Of a stretch of DNA of 64,000 nucleotides, positions 45,762 to 58,011 are shown in pieces (position 1 is the stretch's first letter; the number at the start of each line of letters is the position of its first letter). The position numbers and the translations under genes are program-made. Below the pieces are notes generated by a model. It saw only the letters and a program-made list of their open reading frames with translations. It ran no database searches and had not been told where the DNA came from. Origin of the DNA: an uncultured Gammaproteobacteria bacterium (GTDB taxonomy: Bacteria; Pseudomonadota; Gammaproteobacteria; UBA9214); the NCBI GenBank assembly GCA_963773065.1, contig CAVYZN010000014.1, forward strand, positions 1-64,000. Direction: 5' to 3'.

Positions 45762-46513
45762 CAGGGCGACTCCTCGCAGGACTTGCAGGGGTGCTGTGCC
45801 TGGGAACCCCGGGGGGCATCCGCCAGGGCCTGGGCGCTGATGGGCTGTGCATCGTAACGGCGCCGACCGATGGGCACGGCGAACCCCACGCGCTTCTTCA
45901 GGATCACGCCGACGGGACAAACCTCCATGGCCTTGTCGGTGAGGGCGATGTCGGTGTGTTCCAGGCGGCCGGATTCAGAATTCACGATCAAATGCTTGTC
46001 CAGACCCCGGCCGGAGAGAGCGAACACGTTCTTGCCGTCCACTTCGCTGGAGGCGCGCACGCACAGCTCGCACAGGATACAGCGGTTGAAGTCCAGCAGG
46101 ATGTCCGGGTGGGAGGCGTCTACGGGTCTATCGGGGAAGTAGTGGCGGAAGCCGGCGGTCATTACGCCCAAATCGTAGCCCAGTGCCTGCAGCATGCAGT
46201 TGCCGCTCTTCTCGCAGGAGGGGCAGAAATGGTTGCCCTCGGCGAACAGCATCTGCACCAGGGTATGGCGCAGGCCGTTGATCTCCTCCGTAGCGCTGGC
46301 CACCTCGAGGCCGGCCTGGGCAGGCAGGGTGCAGGAGGTGGCGGTGCGGCCGTTGACCATGACGGTGCAGACCTTGCAACTGCCATGGGGTTTGAACTCC
46401 GGGTGGTAGCAAAGATGGGGGATATAGCGCCCCGCAGCCAGGGCCGCCTGGACCACACTCTGGCCCGGCTCGAAGGGGACTTCCTCCCCATCGAGAAGAA
46501 AGCTCTGGGTCAT
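45761..46513 (-). CDS. hoxU: Diaphorase Fe-S subunit
   Basis: IPHLC...GSCKVC, HFCPSCEKSGNC, RCILCELCVR. Confidence 0.92.
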   Translation of the reverse strand: MTQSFLLDGEEVPFEPGQSVVQAALAAGRYIPHLCYHPEFKPHGSCKVCTVMVNGRTATSCTLPAQAGLEVASATEEINGLRHTLVQMLFAEGNHFCPSCEKSGNCMLQALGYDLGVMTAGFRHYFPDRPVDASHPDILLDFNRCILCELCVRASSEVDGKNVFALSGRGLDKHLIVNSESGRLEHTDIALTDKAMEVCPVGVILKKRVGFAVPIGRRRYDAQPISAQALADAPRGSQAQHPCKSCEESP

Positions 46514-48384
46514 GATTCGCTCTCCAGGTGCGCTCCTGCATCGTCCCGGCCGGTCATCAGGCGGGCCCGTGCCAGGGCGCCATCCAGGTCGAAAGCCGGC
46601 TCGAAATCCAGGGATTTGAGGCGCCGTTCATAGGCCGGGCGGAAGCGCTTGAGGGTGTCCAGGGTGGGATTGCAAGCGGTATGTCCCAGGCCGCAGTGGG
46701 CGCTCATGTGCAGCACCCGGTCCAGGGACTCGATCTCTTTCAGGTCGTAGGGAGTGCCGTGTCCCGCCCGGATCTTGTCCATGGTGTCGCGCAACATGGC
46801 CGTGCCGACCCGGCACGGCGTACAGAAACCGCAACTTTCGTGGGCGAAGAAATGGGCGAAGTTGCGCGCCACCTCGAACATGTCCCGGCTGGCATCGAAC
46901 ACCATGAAGGCGCCGGCGGTAGGCAGGTCCTCGAAGGCGATCTTGCGCCCGAACTCGCTGGCGTCGATGCACACGCCCGAGGGGCCGCTGATCTGGACCG
47001 CCTGGGCATGCTCCGCGCCGCAGTCTTCCAGCACCTGGCGCACGCTCGTTCCGAAAGGGTATTCGTAGATGCCGGGGCGGGCGCAGTCCCCGGACACCGA
47101 CAGCACCTTGGTGCCGGCGGATTTGGCCGTGCCGATAGCGCGGTACCAGTCACCGCCGTGGGCGGCGATAAGGGCGGCGGCGCAGAAGGTTTCTACGTTG
47201 TTCACCGTGGTGGGGCGTTGCAGGTAGCCGTGGGTGACGGGGTAGGGGGGGCGGTTGCGGGGGATGCCGCGCTTGCCCTCCAAGGAGTCGATCAGGGCCG
47301 ACTCCTCACCGCAAACGTAAGCGCCGGCGCCCACGTGGATGTCGATATCGAAGTCAAAACTGGCCTGTCCACAAATCTCCCCGCCGAGCAGATGGTCGGC
47401 GCGGCGGCGCTCAAGCACCCGGATCAGAGGCTCCAGCAGATAACGGTATTCGCCGCGCAGATACAGAAAGCCCTGGCTTGCGCCGATGGCATGGGCCGCG
47501 ACCGTCATGCCCTCGAACACCAGGTCGGCGTGACGGGTGAGCAACACCCGGTCCTTGAAGGTGCCGGGCTCGCCCTCGTCGGCGTTGCACACCACGTAAC
47601 GCCGCGGGCAGGCGGCATCGCGGCAGGCTTCCCACTTCAGGCCGGTGGCGTAGCCGGCGCCGCCCCGGCCGCGCAGATTGGAGCGCTTGATTTCTTCCAG
47701 TGTCGAGGGAAGGCCCGCTGCGGCGGTGCCGGTGGCTGCGCGCCGGGAATCCACATCGCCCGCCGGTTCCGCCCGGGCGCCGCGTTCGATGGCCGCACGC
47801 AGCGCATCGCCCGGTTGCAGCTTATGGTTGAGGAGGATATCCGTCCGCCGGATGTTGTCCTCGATGGTGAACAGTTCCATGGGCCAATCTTCCAGCGGCC
47901 GTTGTTCCAGGATCAGACCGGCAATCTCGTCCAGGCGCTCCCGGGTGATGCGCGGGATGGCCCGGCCGTTGACCAGCAGGCCGGGCCCCTGGTCACACAG
48001 GCCGGTACAGGAGGTGAAGTCGATGGATACCAGACCCTCCTCGGACATGTGTCCCCGCTCCACCCAGAGCTTGGTGCACAGGTATTCCAGCAGATCCTGG
48101 TTGCCGCGCATGCGGTCGGTGATGTTGTTGGAGAACAGCACCCGGTAGCGGCCCACCGGCCGCAGGTGAAGAAAACTGTAAAACCCCGCCACCCCCTCCA
48201 CCCGCGCGCGCGGCACGTCGAGGCCGCGGGCCAGAGCGGTCAGCGCCGCGGGCGGGATCCAGCCGTTGAGTTCCTGAACCTCGCGCAGGATCTGCACCAG
48301 CCGGGTGGCATCGCGTCCATGGCGCTCCAGCAGGGTATCCAGCCTATCCTGGGTGAGCGGTGGGGTGGCGGGTGGTGTCGGCAT
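46510..48384 (-). CDS. hoxF: Diaphorase flavoprotein subunit (NuoE+NuoF-like)
   Basis: LRGRGGAG, NADEGEPGTFKDR, GAYVCGEESAL, HESCGFCTPCR. Confidence 0.93.
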   Translation of the reverse strand: MPTPPATPPLTQDRLDTLLERHGRDATRLVQILREVQELNGWIPPAALTALARGLDVPRARVEGVAGFYSFLHLRPVGRYRVLFSNNITDRMRGNQDLLEYLCTKLWVERGHMSEEGLVSIDFTSCTGLCDQGPGLLVNGRAIPRITRERLDEIAGLILEQRPLEDWPMELFTIEDNIRRTDILLNHKLQPGDALRAAIERGARAEPAGDVDSRRAATGTAAAGLPSTLEEIKRSNLRGRGGAGYATGLKWEACRDAACPRRYVVCNADEGEPGTFKDRVLLTRHADLVFEGMTVAAHAIGASQGFLYLRGEYRYLLEPLIRVLERRRADHLLGGEICGQASFDFDIDIHVGAGAYVCGEESALIDSLEGKRGIPRNRPPYPVTHGYLQRPTTVNNVETFCAAALIAAHGGDWYRAIGTAKSAGTKVLSVSGDCARPGIYEYPFGTSVRQVLEDCGAEHAQAVQISGPSGVCIDASEFGRKIAFEDLPTAGAFMVFDASRDMFEVARNFAHFFAHESCGFCTPCRVGTAMLRDTMDKIRAGHGTPYDLKEIESLDRVLHMSAHCGLGHTACNPTLDTLKRFRPAYERRLKSLDFEPAFDLDGALARARLMTGRDDAGAHLESES

Positions 48385-48560
48385 AGGCAAGAAGGCCTGG
48401 TGGTCCCGAGTCGGTCCACATTCAGTTTAGACCGGGTGAGCCACAAATAGGGCCATGCGTGCTTGTGCCTGGAATCTAGCCCCTAACAGGATGAGTGTCA
48501 ACGCAGCAGCAGGCGGGCGGCGGCGATCGGGGTGGCGTAGCCGGCATCGACGGCGTCCCG

Positions 48561-49356
48561 TCAGAGCATGTTATAGGCGAGCACCAGGCACCCGAAGGCG
48601 ATGCGGTACCACGCGAACAGGGAAAAATCGTGATGCGCTATGTAGTGCAACAGGAACTTGACCGCCGCCAGCGCGCTCAGGAACGCAGCCACGAAGCCGG
48701 TGGCGAAAACCTCGGCGTCAGCCACGCTCAACAGGTGCCGGCTCTCGTACAGGTCGTAGGCGGTGGCCGCGAACATGGTCGGTATCGCGAGGAAGAAGGA
48801 GAATTCCGTCGCCGCGCGTCGCGACAGGCCGAATACGAGCCCGCCCATGATGGTCGCGCCCGAGCGCGAGACGCCGGGGATGAGCGCAGCGGCCTGAGCG
48901 ACTCCCAACCTGCAGCGCCTGTTTCCAGCCGATGGCATCGACGTCATCCACGCGCGGTTTGCCGACGAGCCGCTCGATTGCGAGGATCGCGACGCCGCCG
49001 CCGATGAGCGCGCAGGCGACGACGACCGGCGTGAACAGATAGGTCTTGATGTATCCGTGCAGCAGGAATCCGAGCGCGGCGGCGGGCAGGAAGGCGATCC
49101 CGATGTTGAAGGCGAACCGGCGAGCCTCGGGTTCGCGGTGCAGCCCGAGTGCCACGAAGGCGAGGCGGGCGCGATACAGCCAGCACACGGCGAGGATGGC
49201 GCCAAGTTGGATTATGACCTCGAAGGTCTTGGCCTTCTCTCCGGTATAATCGAGCAGGTCGGCGGCGATGATGAGATGTCCGGTGCTGGAGATGGGCAGG
49301 AATTCGGTCAATCCCTCGACGATCCCGAGCAGCAGTGCCTTGAGGAAGAAGTCCAT
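48561..49356 (-). CDS. uppP: Undecaprenyl-diphosphatase (frameshift near 48900)
   Basis: [35 protein letters not shown]. Confidence 0.92.
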
Positions 49357-49453
49357 GGCGATTAATGAATCGGTCAAAAAAAACGGATGATACCATGTCG
49401 GACTGGAAGAAATGTCGCGGCGCCGCGCCGCGCGCCGTGAACGAGGGTGTCCT

Positions 49454-50462
49454 ATGGGCGTAGCACTCAGCCTGGTGGTGATGCTGCTGCTGATCCTCGT
49501 CGCGGCGGAGGTCTTCACGAATGCGCTGGAGCACCTCGGCGAGCGCCTCGGAATCTCGGAGGGCGTGACGGGTTCGCTCTTCGCGGCAGTCGGCACCGCC
49601 ATGCCGGAAAGCATCGTGCCTCTGGTCGCCCTGCTGGCCGGTGGAGAGAATCCGGATGTCAATGCCGCAGATCGGCGTCGGCGCCATCCTCGGCGCACCG
49701 CTCATGCTCTCGACGCTGAGCCTGTCGCTGATGGGTCTCTCGGTCGTGCGCAGACGCGGGCTGCGGGGGCATCTGCGGCCGGAGCGTACCGGCCTCGAGC
49801 GGGATCTCGCCTTCTTCCTGATCGCCTTCGGCATCGCGCTCGTGGCGCTGTTCATCCCGGCCCCGCTTGGCTGGTTACGCGCCGTGTTCGCCGCGATGCT
49901 GATATTGACCTACTTCGTCTACGCGCTGCTCACACTGCGCGTATCGGCGAAGCTGGTCGAGGAAGGACATGCCACGCAGGCGCATCGCAAGATGTATCTC
50001 CACCGCCTCGGCATGCCCGACAACATGGCGATCGTCATCTTCCAGATCCTGTTCGGTCTGGTGCTGCTGGTCGGCGGCGCAAAGGGCTTCGTGCACGGCG
50101 TCAAGGAAGCCTCGGAACTCATCGGCGTATCGCCCTTGCTGCTGTCGCTTCTGCTCATCCCCATCGCGACCGAGTTGCCGGAGAAGGTCAACAGCATCCT
50201 CTGGATCCGGCGCGCCAAGGACACGCTTGCCTTCGGCAACATTACCGGGGCGATGGTCTTTCAGGGAAGCATCCTTCCCGTCATCGGCCTCATGATGACC
50301 CCCTGGCGTTCGACTCCTGAGGTGCTGGTCGGCGTGCTGGTGACCTATGGCGCGGCGCTCTGGCTGTACTGGCACGCACGGCGCAGCGGCGGCCTCAGGA
50401 TCTGGCATCTGTGCGTCAATGGCCTGCTCTACGTCGTTTATATCGTCGTCATGGTCGCCTGA
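49454..50462 (+). CDS. Sodium:calcium antiporter family protein (frameshift near 49660)
   Basis: AAVGTAMPE and PIATELPEK alpha repeats; GAILGAP, GNITGA. Confidence 0.85.
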
Positions 50463-50522
50463 TCGCGAAGCAGATGCCCGCCGTGGCCTCAGCGGATGGT
50501 GCGCCCTGCCGCCGGTGCGGGA

Positions 50523-51657
50523 TCAGGCAGCCGATGCTTTTTGGTCCTTGCGGTTTCTGGTCAGAGCCACGCGTTTCTCATAGGCTTCCCGCGCAATCCC
50601 GACATCCTCGAGGAAGCTGTCCAATTCATCCATATGCAGCGCCTGGGGACCATCGACCAGCGCCTTGCTCGGGACGGGGTGGAAATCGACGAGTATCATG
50701 TTGGCGCCGGCGATGACGCCCTGGGCGGTGACGTGGAATACATCCAGTATGCCTTCCGGCGAGGCCTCGCGGCTGCCCACGGAATGCGAGGGGTCGATAC
50801 ACACGGGCATGCGGGTCAGGCGTTTGACGACCGGAACATGGGAGAAGTCGACAAAGTTGCGATGCGGGTCGCCCATGTTGGTCTTCATGCCGCGCAATCC
50901 GAATACGACACGCCGGTTGCCTTCGCTGGCGAGGTACTCGGCCGCGTTGAGGGATTCCTCCAGCGTGATGCCGAAGCCGCGCTTGAGCAGCACGGGGAAT
51001 TCACGCTGGCGGCCGACGGCCTTGAGCAATTCGAAGTTCTGGGTATTGCGGGTGCCGATCTGCAGCAGGACACCCCGTCGGGTTGCCCGTCAACTCGAGG
51101 GCTTCCTGGATCTCCCGCACGTGCATGTCATGGGTCACTTCCATGGCGATGACCTTGATGCCGTACCTGCCGGCCAGCTCGAACACATACGGCAGGCAGC
51201 TCTTGCCGTGCCCCTGGAACGAATAGGGGTTGGTGCGCGGCTTGTAGGCGCCCATGCGGGTGCAGGGCAGGCCGCGTTCCTGCAGGGCCTGCATCATGAT
51301 TTTGACATGTTCGGGGGTATCGACGGCGCACAGGCCGGCGAAGACATTCAGGTTGTCCTGTCCGAAGCGCACACCGTTGTATTCGAAATGGGTCGGACGG
51401 TCATCATCGTGATGACGCCCGAGGATACGGTATTCCTCGGATATGCGCACCACCCGCTCCACGCAGGGCAGGCTTGCCATATCCTCGAGTTGCAGCGTGG
51501 CCGTGTCGCCCACCAGATAGATCTCGGACAGCGTCTGCTGCGCGCCCACCTCGTCATGAACCCGGACCGTGATGTTCGGCAGGTTAGCCAGATGTTCCAG
51601 CAGGTGCCGGTAGGCGGTACCGTTCTTGTCGGTATCCGCATGCAGAATCAATATCAT
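50523..51657 (-). CDS. aroF: DAHP synthase, type I-beta (frameshift near 51070)
   Basis: RMGAYKPRTNPYSFQG, VLLKRG, IDPSHSVG, DFHP...DGPQAL. Confidence 0.85.
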
Positions 51658-51751
51658 TATGTCGTTCCTGGAAAGCAGCCAAAGCCGATCGGAACATTAT
51701 CCATGGAATGCGCGGCCCTTACTACCGGCGCGCCCGTGCGCCCGCTCAGGC

Positions 51752-52642
51752 TCAGTCGCGATAGCGCCGCAGCAGGTCCTGGTAGGCGTCGATGCGCCGG
51801 TCACGCAGGTAGGGCCAGAGCCGCCGTACCTGTTCGGTGCGGCCCGGGTCGATCGTGGCGACGACGACGCCGGCGTTATCCTCCGTGGCCTGCTCGAGGA
51901 TCTCGCCCTGGGGACCGATCACCGCGCTGCCGCCCCAGAACTGGATGCCGTCCGTGCGTCCGGAGCCGTCCGTCTCGAGCCCCGTGCGGTTGCAGGTCAG
52001 AACGGGCAGGCCATTGGCGATGGCGTGCCCGCGCTGGATCGTCAGCCAGGCCTCGCGCTGGCGCGCCTGTTCGTCGGCGGCATCCCTCCGGTCCCAGCCG
52101 ATCGCGGTCGGATAGAGCAGGATCTGCGCACCGCCAAGGGCCATCAACCGGGCCGCCTCCGGATACCACTGATCCCAGCAGACGAGTATGCCCAGCATGC
52201 CCACGGACGTCTGCACCGGGTTGAAGCCCAGGTCACCCGGCGTGAAATAGAATTTTTCGTAATAACCGGGATCGTCGGGAATGTGCATCTTGCGATAACA
52301 GCCGGCGATGCGGCCGTCGCTATCGAGCGCGACGGCCGTGTTGTGGTAGAGCCCGGCCGCCCGTTTCTCGAAGACCGAGGCGACGATGACGATCCCGAGT
52401 TCGGCGGCGATGCTGCCCAGGCGTTCCGTGGTGGGTCCGGGAATCGTCTCCGCCAGATCGAAGTTGGCCGGGTCCTCCGTCTGGCAGAAATAGAGGCTCC
52501 GGTGGAGTTCCGGCAACAGCACCAGCCGGGCGCCCCGCGCCGCCGCCTTCCTGATGCCTTCGATACTGGCCGCCAGATTCTGGGCGGCATCCGCGGAACA
52601 GCGCTGCTGTATCAATCCGACGGTTAGCTTCTGTGTGTTCAT
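51752..52642 (-). CDS. aguB: N-carbamoylputrescine amidase
   Basis: LPELH, YRKMHIPDDPGYYEKFYF, VCWDQWYPE. Confidence 0.88.
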   Translation of the reverse strand: MNTQKLTVGLIQQRCSADAAQNLAASIEGIRKAAARGARLVLLPELHRSLYFCQTEDPANFDLAETIPGPTTERLGSIAAELGIVIVASVFEKRAAGLYHNTAVALDSDGRIAGCYRKMHIPDDPGYYEKFYFTPGDLGFNPVQTSVGMLGILVCWDQWYPEAARLMALGGAQILLYPTAIGWDRRDAADEQARQREAWLTIQRGHAIANGLPVLTCNRTGLETDGSGRTDGIQFWGGSAVIGPQGEILEQATEDNAGVVVATIDPGRTEQVRRLWPYLRDRRIDAYQDLLRRYRD

Positions 52643-52688
52643 CTGTGCTGATAGTTTAAATGGTCAGCGCCCAGGCATAGAAAATCAA

Positions 52689-52765
52689 TTCACCGCAAAG
52701 ACGCAAAGAACGCAAAGAAATTCTATGCTAAAAACAATCAAGAAACTTTGCGTCTTTGCGGTGAA
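52689..52765. repeat. Extragenic palindrome built from 9-nt units
   Basis: TTCACCGCAAAGACGCAAAG and CTTTGCGTCTTTGCGGTGAA form a perfect 20-bp inverted repeat. Confidence 0.8.
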
Positions 52766-52805
52766 AGGTTTTTCGGACGAACGCGGAATGGTTTGAAGGA
52801 CCCGC

Positions 52806-53841
52806 TTACAGGATGCCCGCCGGCAACTGCATGGTAGCGCAGTGCAGGCTGCCGTACTGATGGATGAGCGGCAGGCAGTTGATCGGAATGACCCGCCGTC
52901 CGGCAAACGCTCCGGCGAGCCGCTCGAGGGCAATGCCATCGGCCGGGTCGCCATAGACCGGCACGAGCACCGCGCCGTTGATGATCAGGAAATTGGCGTA
53001 ACTGGCCGGCAGCCGTTCGCCGGTGGCGGAGTAGACCGGCGCCGGCAGCGGCAGGGGGAGCAGTTGATAGGGAAGTCCCTCCAGAGTCCTGAAGGTACCG
53101 AGCTGCTTTTCCATCGCTTTCAGTTCCGCGTATTGACTGTCGCTTTGGTCGGTGCATTGCGCGTAGGCGATCATGAGCGGTGAGCAGAAACGGGCCAACA
53201 TATCGATATGCGCGTCGGTATCGTCCCCCTCGAGTTCGCCGTGGTCGAGCCAGAGCACCCGTTGAATGCCCATCTCCTCGGCAAAGAGCCGTGCCAGCGC
53301 CGGTTTGTCGTAGCCGGGATTGCGGCTGTTCGTGATCAGGCAGTTCGAGGTGGTGAGCAGGCTGCCCCGGCCGTCGGTGTCGATGCTGCCGCCCTCGAGT
53401 ACGAGCGGAAAGCGCCGGCAGGCGGTGGCGCCGAAGGCGCCGGCCGACTCCAGCCTCTGGGTGACTTCATTATCCAGGCTCGGCCGGGTATTTGTTTCCC
53501 CAACCGTCGAAGGCAAAATCGAGCAGGCGCAGTTCCGTGCCGTCCGAGACCGCGAGGGGACCGTAGTCACGGATCCAGGTGTCGTTCGTCTGGGCGATGA
53601 AGAAGCTTATGGGATCAAGCGGTATGCCGGCCCGAGCGCATGCCTGCCGGATCTCCCCCGTGTGGTCATGGTCGTAGCAGACGACGAGCAGTTTTTCATG
53701 CGCCACGACCGCCCGGGCAATTTCGAGATACACCGCGGCAACGCTGTCCAGGCTGTCGGCCCAGGCGCTATGGACATGCGGCCATGTCAACAGGATGCCG
53801 GACTGGGGTGCGGTTTCAGGGACAAGATGATACCCGCGCAT
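52806..53841 (-). CDS. aguA: Agmatine deiminase (frameshift near 53480)
   Basis: TNDTWIRDYGP, LEGGSIDTDG, DDTDAHID, GSLHCATMQ. Confidence 0.9.
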
Positions 53842-53890
53842 GGCGTTCGCCAGGCAGGATGGACGGGAACGGCTCGCGGTGCGGTAGGGG

Positions 53891-54199
53891 TTACTTGGCT
53901 TCCGGGGGTTTCACCACGGAGTGCAATACCGTACTGTTCTCAAAGAAAACCGAGTAGCCGTCATAATCCCAGCGGGTAATCGGGGGATGCAGCGGACCTT
54001 CGTTGGAGGGTACGGCGGGATGTTCCGTCACCGGGTTGCCGAATTTTGCGCGCACGGCATCCATGGTCATGCCCCTTTGGGGCGTTACCACCTGGGGGGG
54101 CGACTGGACACTGTCCATCTGCAGCGTATCAGCGTTGGCAGGCCCTGCAAACAGGAAGGCCAGTGATAATGCAAACAGCGCAGAGCGGGTACTATCCAT
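53891..54199 (-). CDS. Small secreted hypothetical protein
   Basis: Signal peptide; PQRGMTMDAVRAKFG...PPITRWDY...VFFE. Confidence 0.7.
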   Translation of the reverse strand: MDSTRSALFALSLAFLFAGPANADTLQMDSVQSPPQVVTPQRGMTMDAVRAKFGNPVTEHPAVPSNEGPLHPPITRWDYDGYSVFFENSTVLHSVVKPPEAK

Positions 54200-54418
54200 A
54201 GCTAACTCCTTGGGAAACAGGATAATTTGCTGAATTCCGACACTCGATGGTGACTATATCACCGCAGGAAAAAATACAAAAGCGCTATTTTGAAGCGTGT
54301 GACGCCTGTCACCTATTAAAGGCGATGATCAACAGGTATCGTCATGGGCGCGGCATAGACCAGCGTCCAGCAGCGCAGAGGCAAACAATTAACAGCTCAC
54401 CCCGCTCAGCGTTTTTCA

Positions 54419-55390
54419 GTGGCGCCCATGATGGAGTGGACCGATCGCCATTGCCGCTATTTTCTGCGCCAGATCTCCCGCCACTGCCGGCTCTACAGCG
54501 AAATGGTGAGCACCGCTGCGCTGCTGCACGACGATCCGGAGCGTCACCTTGCGTTTCATCCCGCGGAACACCCCCTCGCTCTGCAACTCGGCGGCAGCAA
54601 CCCGCGTGAACTGGCGGCAGCGGCCCGCATCGGCGAGGGTTATGGTTATGACGAGGTCAATCTCAATCTGGGCTGTCCCAGTGACCGGGTGCAGACCGGG
54701 CGTTTCGGCGCCTGCCTGATGGCGGAACCCGAACGGGTGGCCGAGTGCGTGGCGGCCATGGTCGCGGCGGTTGCCGTGCCGGTCACGGTCAAGACGCGCA
54801 TCGGGATCGATGACCAGGACAGCCTACGAGGGGTTGGCTGACTTTGTCGAAAGGCTGGCAGGGGCCGGGTGCCGCACGTTTATCGTGCATGCCCGCAAGG
54901 CCATCCTGCAGGGGTTGAGCCCGAAGCAGAACCGCAGCGTGCCGCCGCTCAGATACGATTACGTCTACCGCCTGAAAAGCGAGTTTGCCGACCTGGACGA
55001 TCATTCTGAACGGGGGTATCACGCAACTGGAGCAAGCCGCCGCGCATCTCGAACACGTGGATGGCGTCATGCTGGGCCGTGAAGCCTACCATAACCCCTA
55101 TGTGCTCGCCGGGGTCGATGCCCGCTTCTTTGCCGACACCCACCCGGTAGCGGGTCGTGCCGTCATCGTCGAACGCATGCTGCCTTACATTGAGCGAGGA
55201 ACTGAATGCGGGCACCGCACTCAAACATGATCGCGCGACACATGCTCGGCCTGTTTCAGGGCGTGCCCGGTGCGCGCGCCTGGCGGCGGCATCTCAGTGA
55301 ACACGCCCACGGCGCGGGGCGGGCATCGAGGTCATTCAGGGTGCGCTCGCGGCGGCGAGCGTCGGCGACGAACGTAAACACAAGGCGTAA
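54419..55390 (+). CDS. dusA: tRNA dihydrouridine(20/20a) synthase (frameshifts; start uncertain)
   Basis: [41 protein letters not shown]. Confidence 0.9.
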
Positions 55391-55462
55391 GATACCAAGA
55401 ACCTGTTTCCCGGAATGGGGTGTCCACACATAATTATGATCGCAGGGTAATAGGGAAGGCCA

Positions 55463-56881
55463 GTGACCAGAAAACAGGATGTGGTGGTGATCGGCGGCGG
55501 CCCGGGCGGGCTGGTCATCGCGAGCGTTGCCTCGCAACTGGGTCTGCGGGTGACGCTGATCGAAAAATCGGAACATCTCGGCGGCGACTGCCTGCACAGC
55601 GGCTGCGTACCCAGCAAGACGCTCCTCAATACCGCGCGGCTCGCGCACCGGATGCGCCAGGCCGCGCAGTTCGGTCTGCCGGCCTGCGATCCGGAAATCG
55701 ACATCAACCGGGTGCTGGACCGGGTCGACAGCGTCATCGCCCATATCCAGCAGCACGATGATCCCGAGCGCTTTCGCCGCTACGGCTGCGATGTGCGCTT
55801 TGGCGCGGCCCGCTTCCTCAATCCCCATGAGGTCACCGTCAACGAGGAAATCATCCGGGGCAAGCGCTTCGTGATCGCGACCGGATCGCAGCCGGTCGTC
55901 CCGCCGATCCCGGGCATCGCCGAAGTCGGCTACGACACCAACGAAACCATCTTCAAACGCCGTGAGCTGCCTCCAAGGCTGGCCGTCATCGGCGGCGGAC
56001 CGGTCGGACGTCGAACTGGCGCAGGCGTATGCGCGGCTCGGCAGCCGGGTGACGGTTATCGAGGCGGCCGACCGGATATTGCCCGTGGCCGACAGCCGAG
56101 GTCTCCGCCGTGCTTCGCCAGGTACTGGAAGGCGAGGGCATCACCCTGCACCTGTCCTGCCAGGTGGCCACTGCCCGGCGCGACGGCGACAGCCGCCAAC
56201 TGTTTCTATCCAACGGCGCGAGCGTCGAATGCGAGCGGATACTGGTGGCCGCCGGGCGGCGTCCGGCCGTGTTCGGTCTCGGACTCGATGAGGCCGGCGT
56301 CGAGCACAACTCCAAAGCCGTTGTCGTCGATGCACGTTTGCGCACCAGCCAGCCTCATATTTATGCCGTCGGCGACGTGTGCGGGCCTTACCAGTTTACC
56401 CACATGGCCGAATACCAGGCCGGCATCGTCCTCGCCAGCTTGCTGTTCAGGATTCCGCGCAAAGTCGATTACCGGGTGATCCCGCGCGTCACCTACACCG
56501 ACCCCGAGGTCGCACAGGTCGGCCTGACCGAACAGGAGGCACAGGCGCAGGGACTTCGCTATGATGTCGCTCGCTTCCCGCTCGATGCCATCGACCGCGC
56601 CATCACGGATGGCGCCGGTGAGGGTTTGCTCAAGATCCTGATTGTCCGGGGACGGGTGGCTGGGGCGAGCCTGGTCGGCAGCGCATGCCGGCGAGCTGAT
56701 CCATGAACTGGCGCTGGCCATGCAGGTCAAGGCAAAGGCAGGGGACATCAGCCGTTTGATCCATGCCTACCCGACCCTTTCCCAGATCCACCGGCGCGCC
56801 ATCAACGCGCACTATGCGCGGCGGCTTTATTCCGGCAAGGCGCGGTTGCTCGCCCGGTTGATCAATCGCCTGCTGCCATGA
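55463..56881 (+). CDS. MerA/dihydrolipoamide dehydrogenase-like flavoprotein disulfide reductase (frameshifts)
   Basis: VIGGGPGG, GGDCLHSGCVPSK, YQFTHMA, IHAYPT; no MerA C-terminal Cys pair. Confidence 0.85.
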
Positions 56882-56927
56882 CACTCATGCGGACCGGCGC
56901 ACGGGAAGACTGACGGAATAACACCTC

Positions 56928-57894
56928 ATGCATGCGACATTGCCATTACTGCTGCCGAGCGACTTTCCCGCCATCCGCCGCGGGCGGCTGGAAACGCTGC
57001 AGGTCAACCTGGGTTATCGCTGCAACCAGTCCTGCCTGCATTGCCACGTCAATGCCGGTCCCACGCGCAAGGAGATGATGAACGAGGAGACCCTGGACGA
57101 TGTCATCGGTTATCTGGCCGCCTCCGACATCCGCACCCTCGATCTGACCGGCGGCGCGCCGGAACTCAATCCCGGTTTCCGCCGGCTGGTTGCTCGCCGC
57201 GCGCCGTCAGGGTCATGCGTGTCATCGACCGCTGCAATCTGACCGTCCTTCTGGAATCGGGGCAGGAAGACACCGCCGAATTCCTTGCCGATAACAAGGT
57301 CGAAATCGTCGCTTCATTACCCTGTTATTTGAAAGAAAATGTCGATAGCCAGCGCGGCGAGGGTGTCTATGAGGGCAGCCTCAGGCCCTGCGCCTGCTGA
57401 ACCGGCTGGGTTATGGCAGGACTGATTCCGGTCTGATCCTCAACCTGGTCTACAACCCGCAGGGCCCGGTATTGCCGCCGCCCCAGCAGGACCTGGAGCA
57501 GGATTACCGGAACTACCTCGGCGATCATTACCGCATCGTGTTCAATCACCTGTTGACCCTGGCCAATATGCCGATCAACCGCTTCGGCAGCACGCTGGTT
57601 TCCAGGGGAGAGTTTGCCGGCTACATGGATCTGCTGCGCGCCGCGCACCGCGACGAGAATCTCGCCGGTGTCATGTGCCGCACGCTGCTCAGCATCGACT
57701 GGGAAGGCTATGCCTATGACTGCGACTTCAACCAGATGCTCGGCCTGGCCGCGCCGATCGACGGCCGCGTGAAAACCCATATCTCCAGCCTGGGGGGCAA
57801 GGATCTGAGCGGCAACCGCATCCGGGTGGCCGACCACTGCTATGCCTGCACCGCGGGCCAGGGCTCCAGTTGCGGCGGCGCCCTGGCCGGCTAG
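56928..57894 (+). CDS. arsS: Radical SAM protein of the ArsS (arsenosugar biosynthesis) family (frameshifts)
   Basis: QVNLGYRCNQSCLHCHV, DLTGGAPE, YDCDFNQML, HCYACTAGQGSSCGG. Confidence 0.85.
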
Positions 57895-57906
57895 ACTGAA
57901 TTTTTC

Positions 57907-57973
57907 ACCGCCAAGAACGCCAAGAAAAAACCTATGGAACTGCGAAATAATAAATCATGGCGTTCTTGGCGGT
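57907..57973. repeat. Extragenic palindrome, same family as 52689-52765
   Basis: ACCGCCAAGAACGCCA and TGGCGTTCTTGGCGGT form a perfect 16-bp inverted repeat. Confidence 0.75.
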
Positions 57974-58011
57974 TCAATATCATAAAAACGACAGCGCGCG
58001 AAAAACCGGCC

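Noticed and set aside
43488-48450. Long plus-strand ORFs (544 and 640 aa) opposite hoxH and hoxF
   Set aside because: Shadow ORFs of GC-rich genes with no domain signal
43695-57894. Selenocysteine in HoxH or ArsS
   Set aside because: The relevant positions (DPCLSC, GSSCGG) are normal Cys codons
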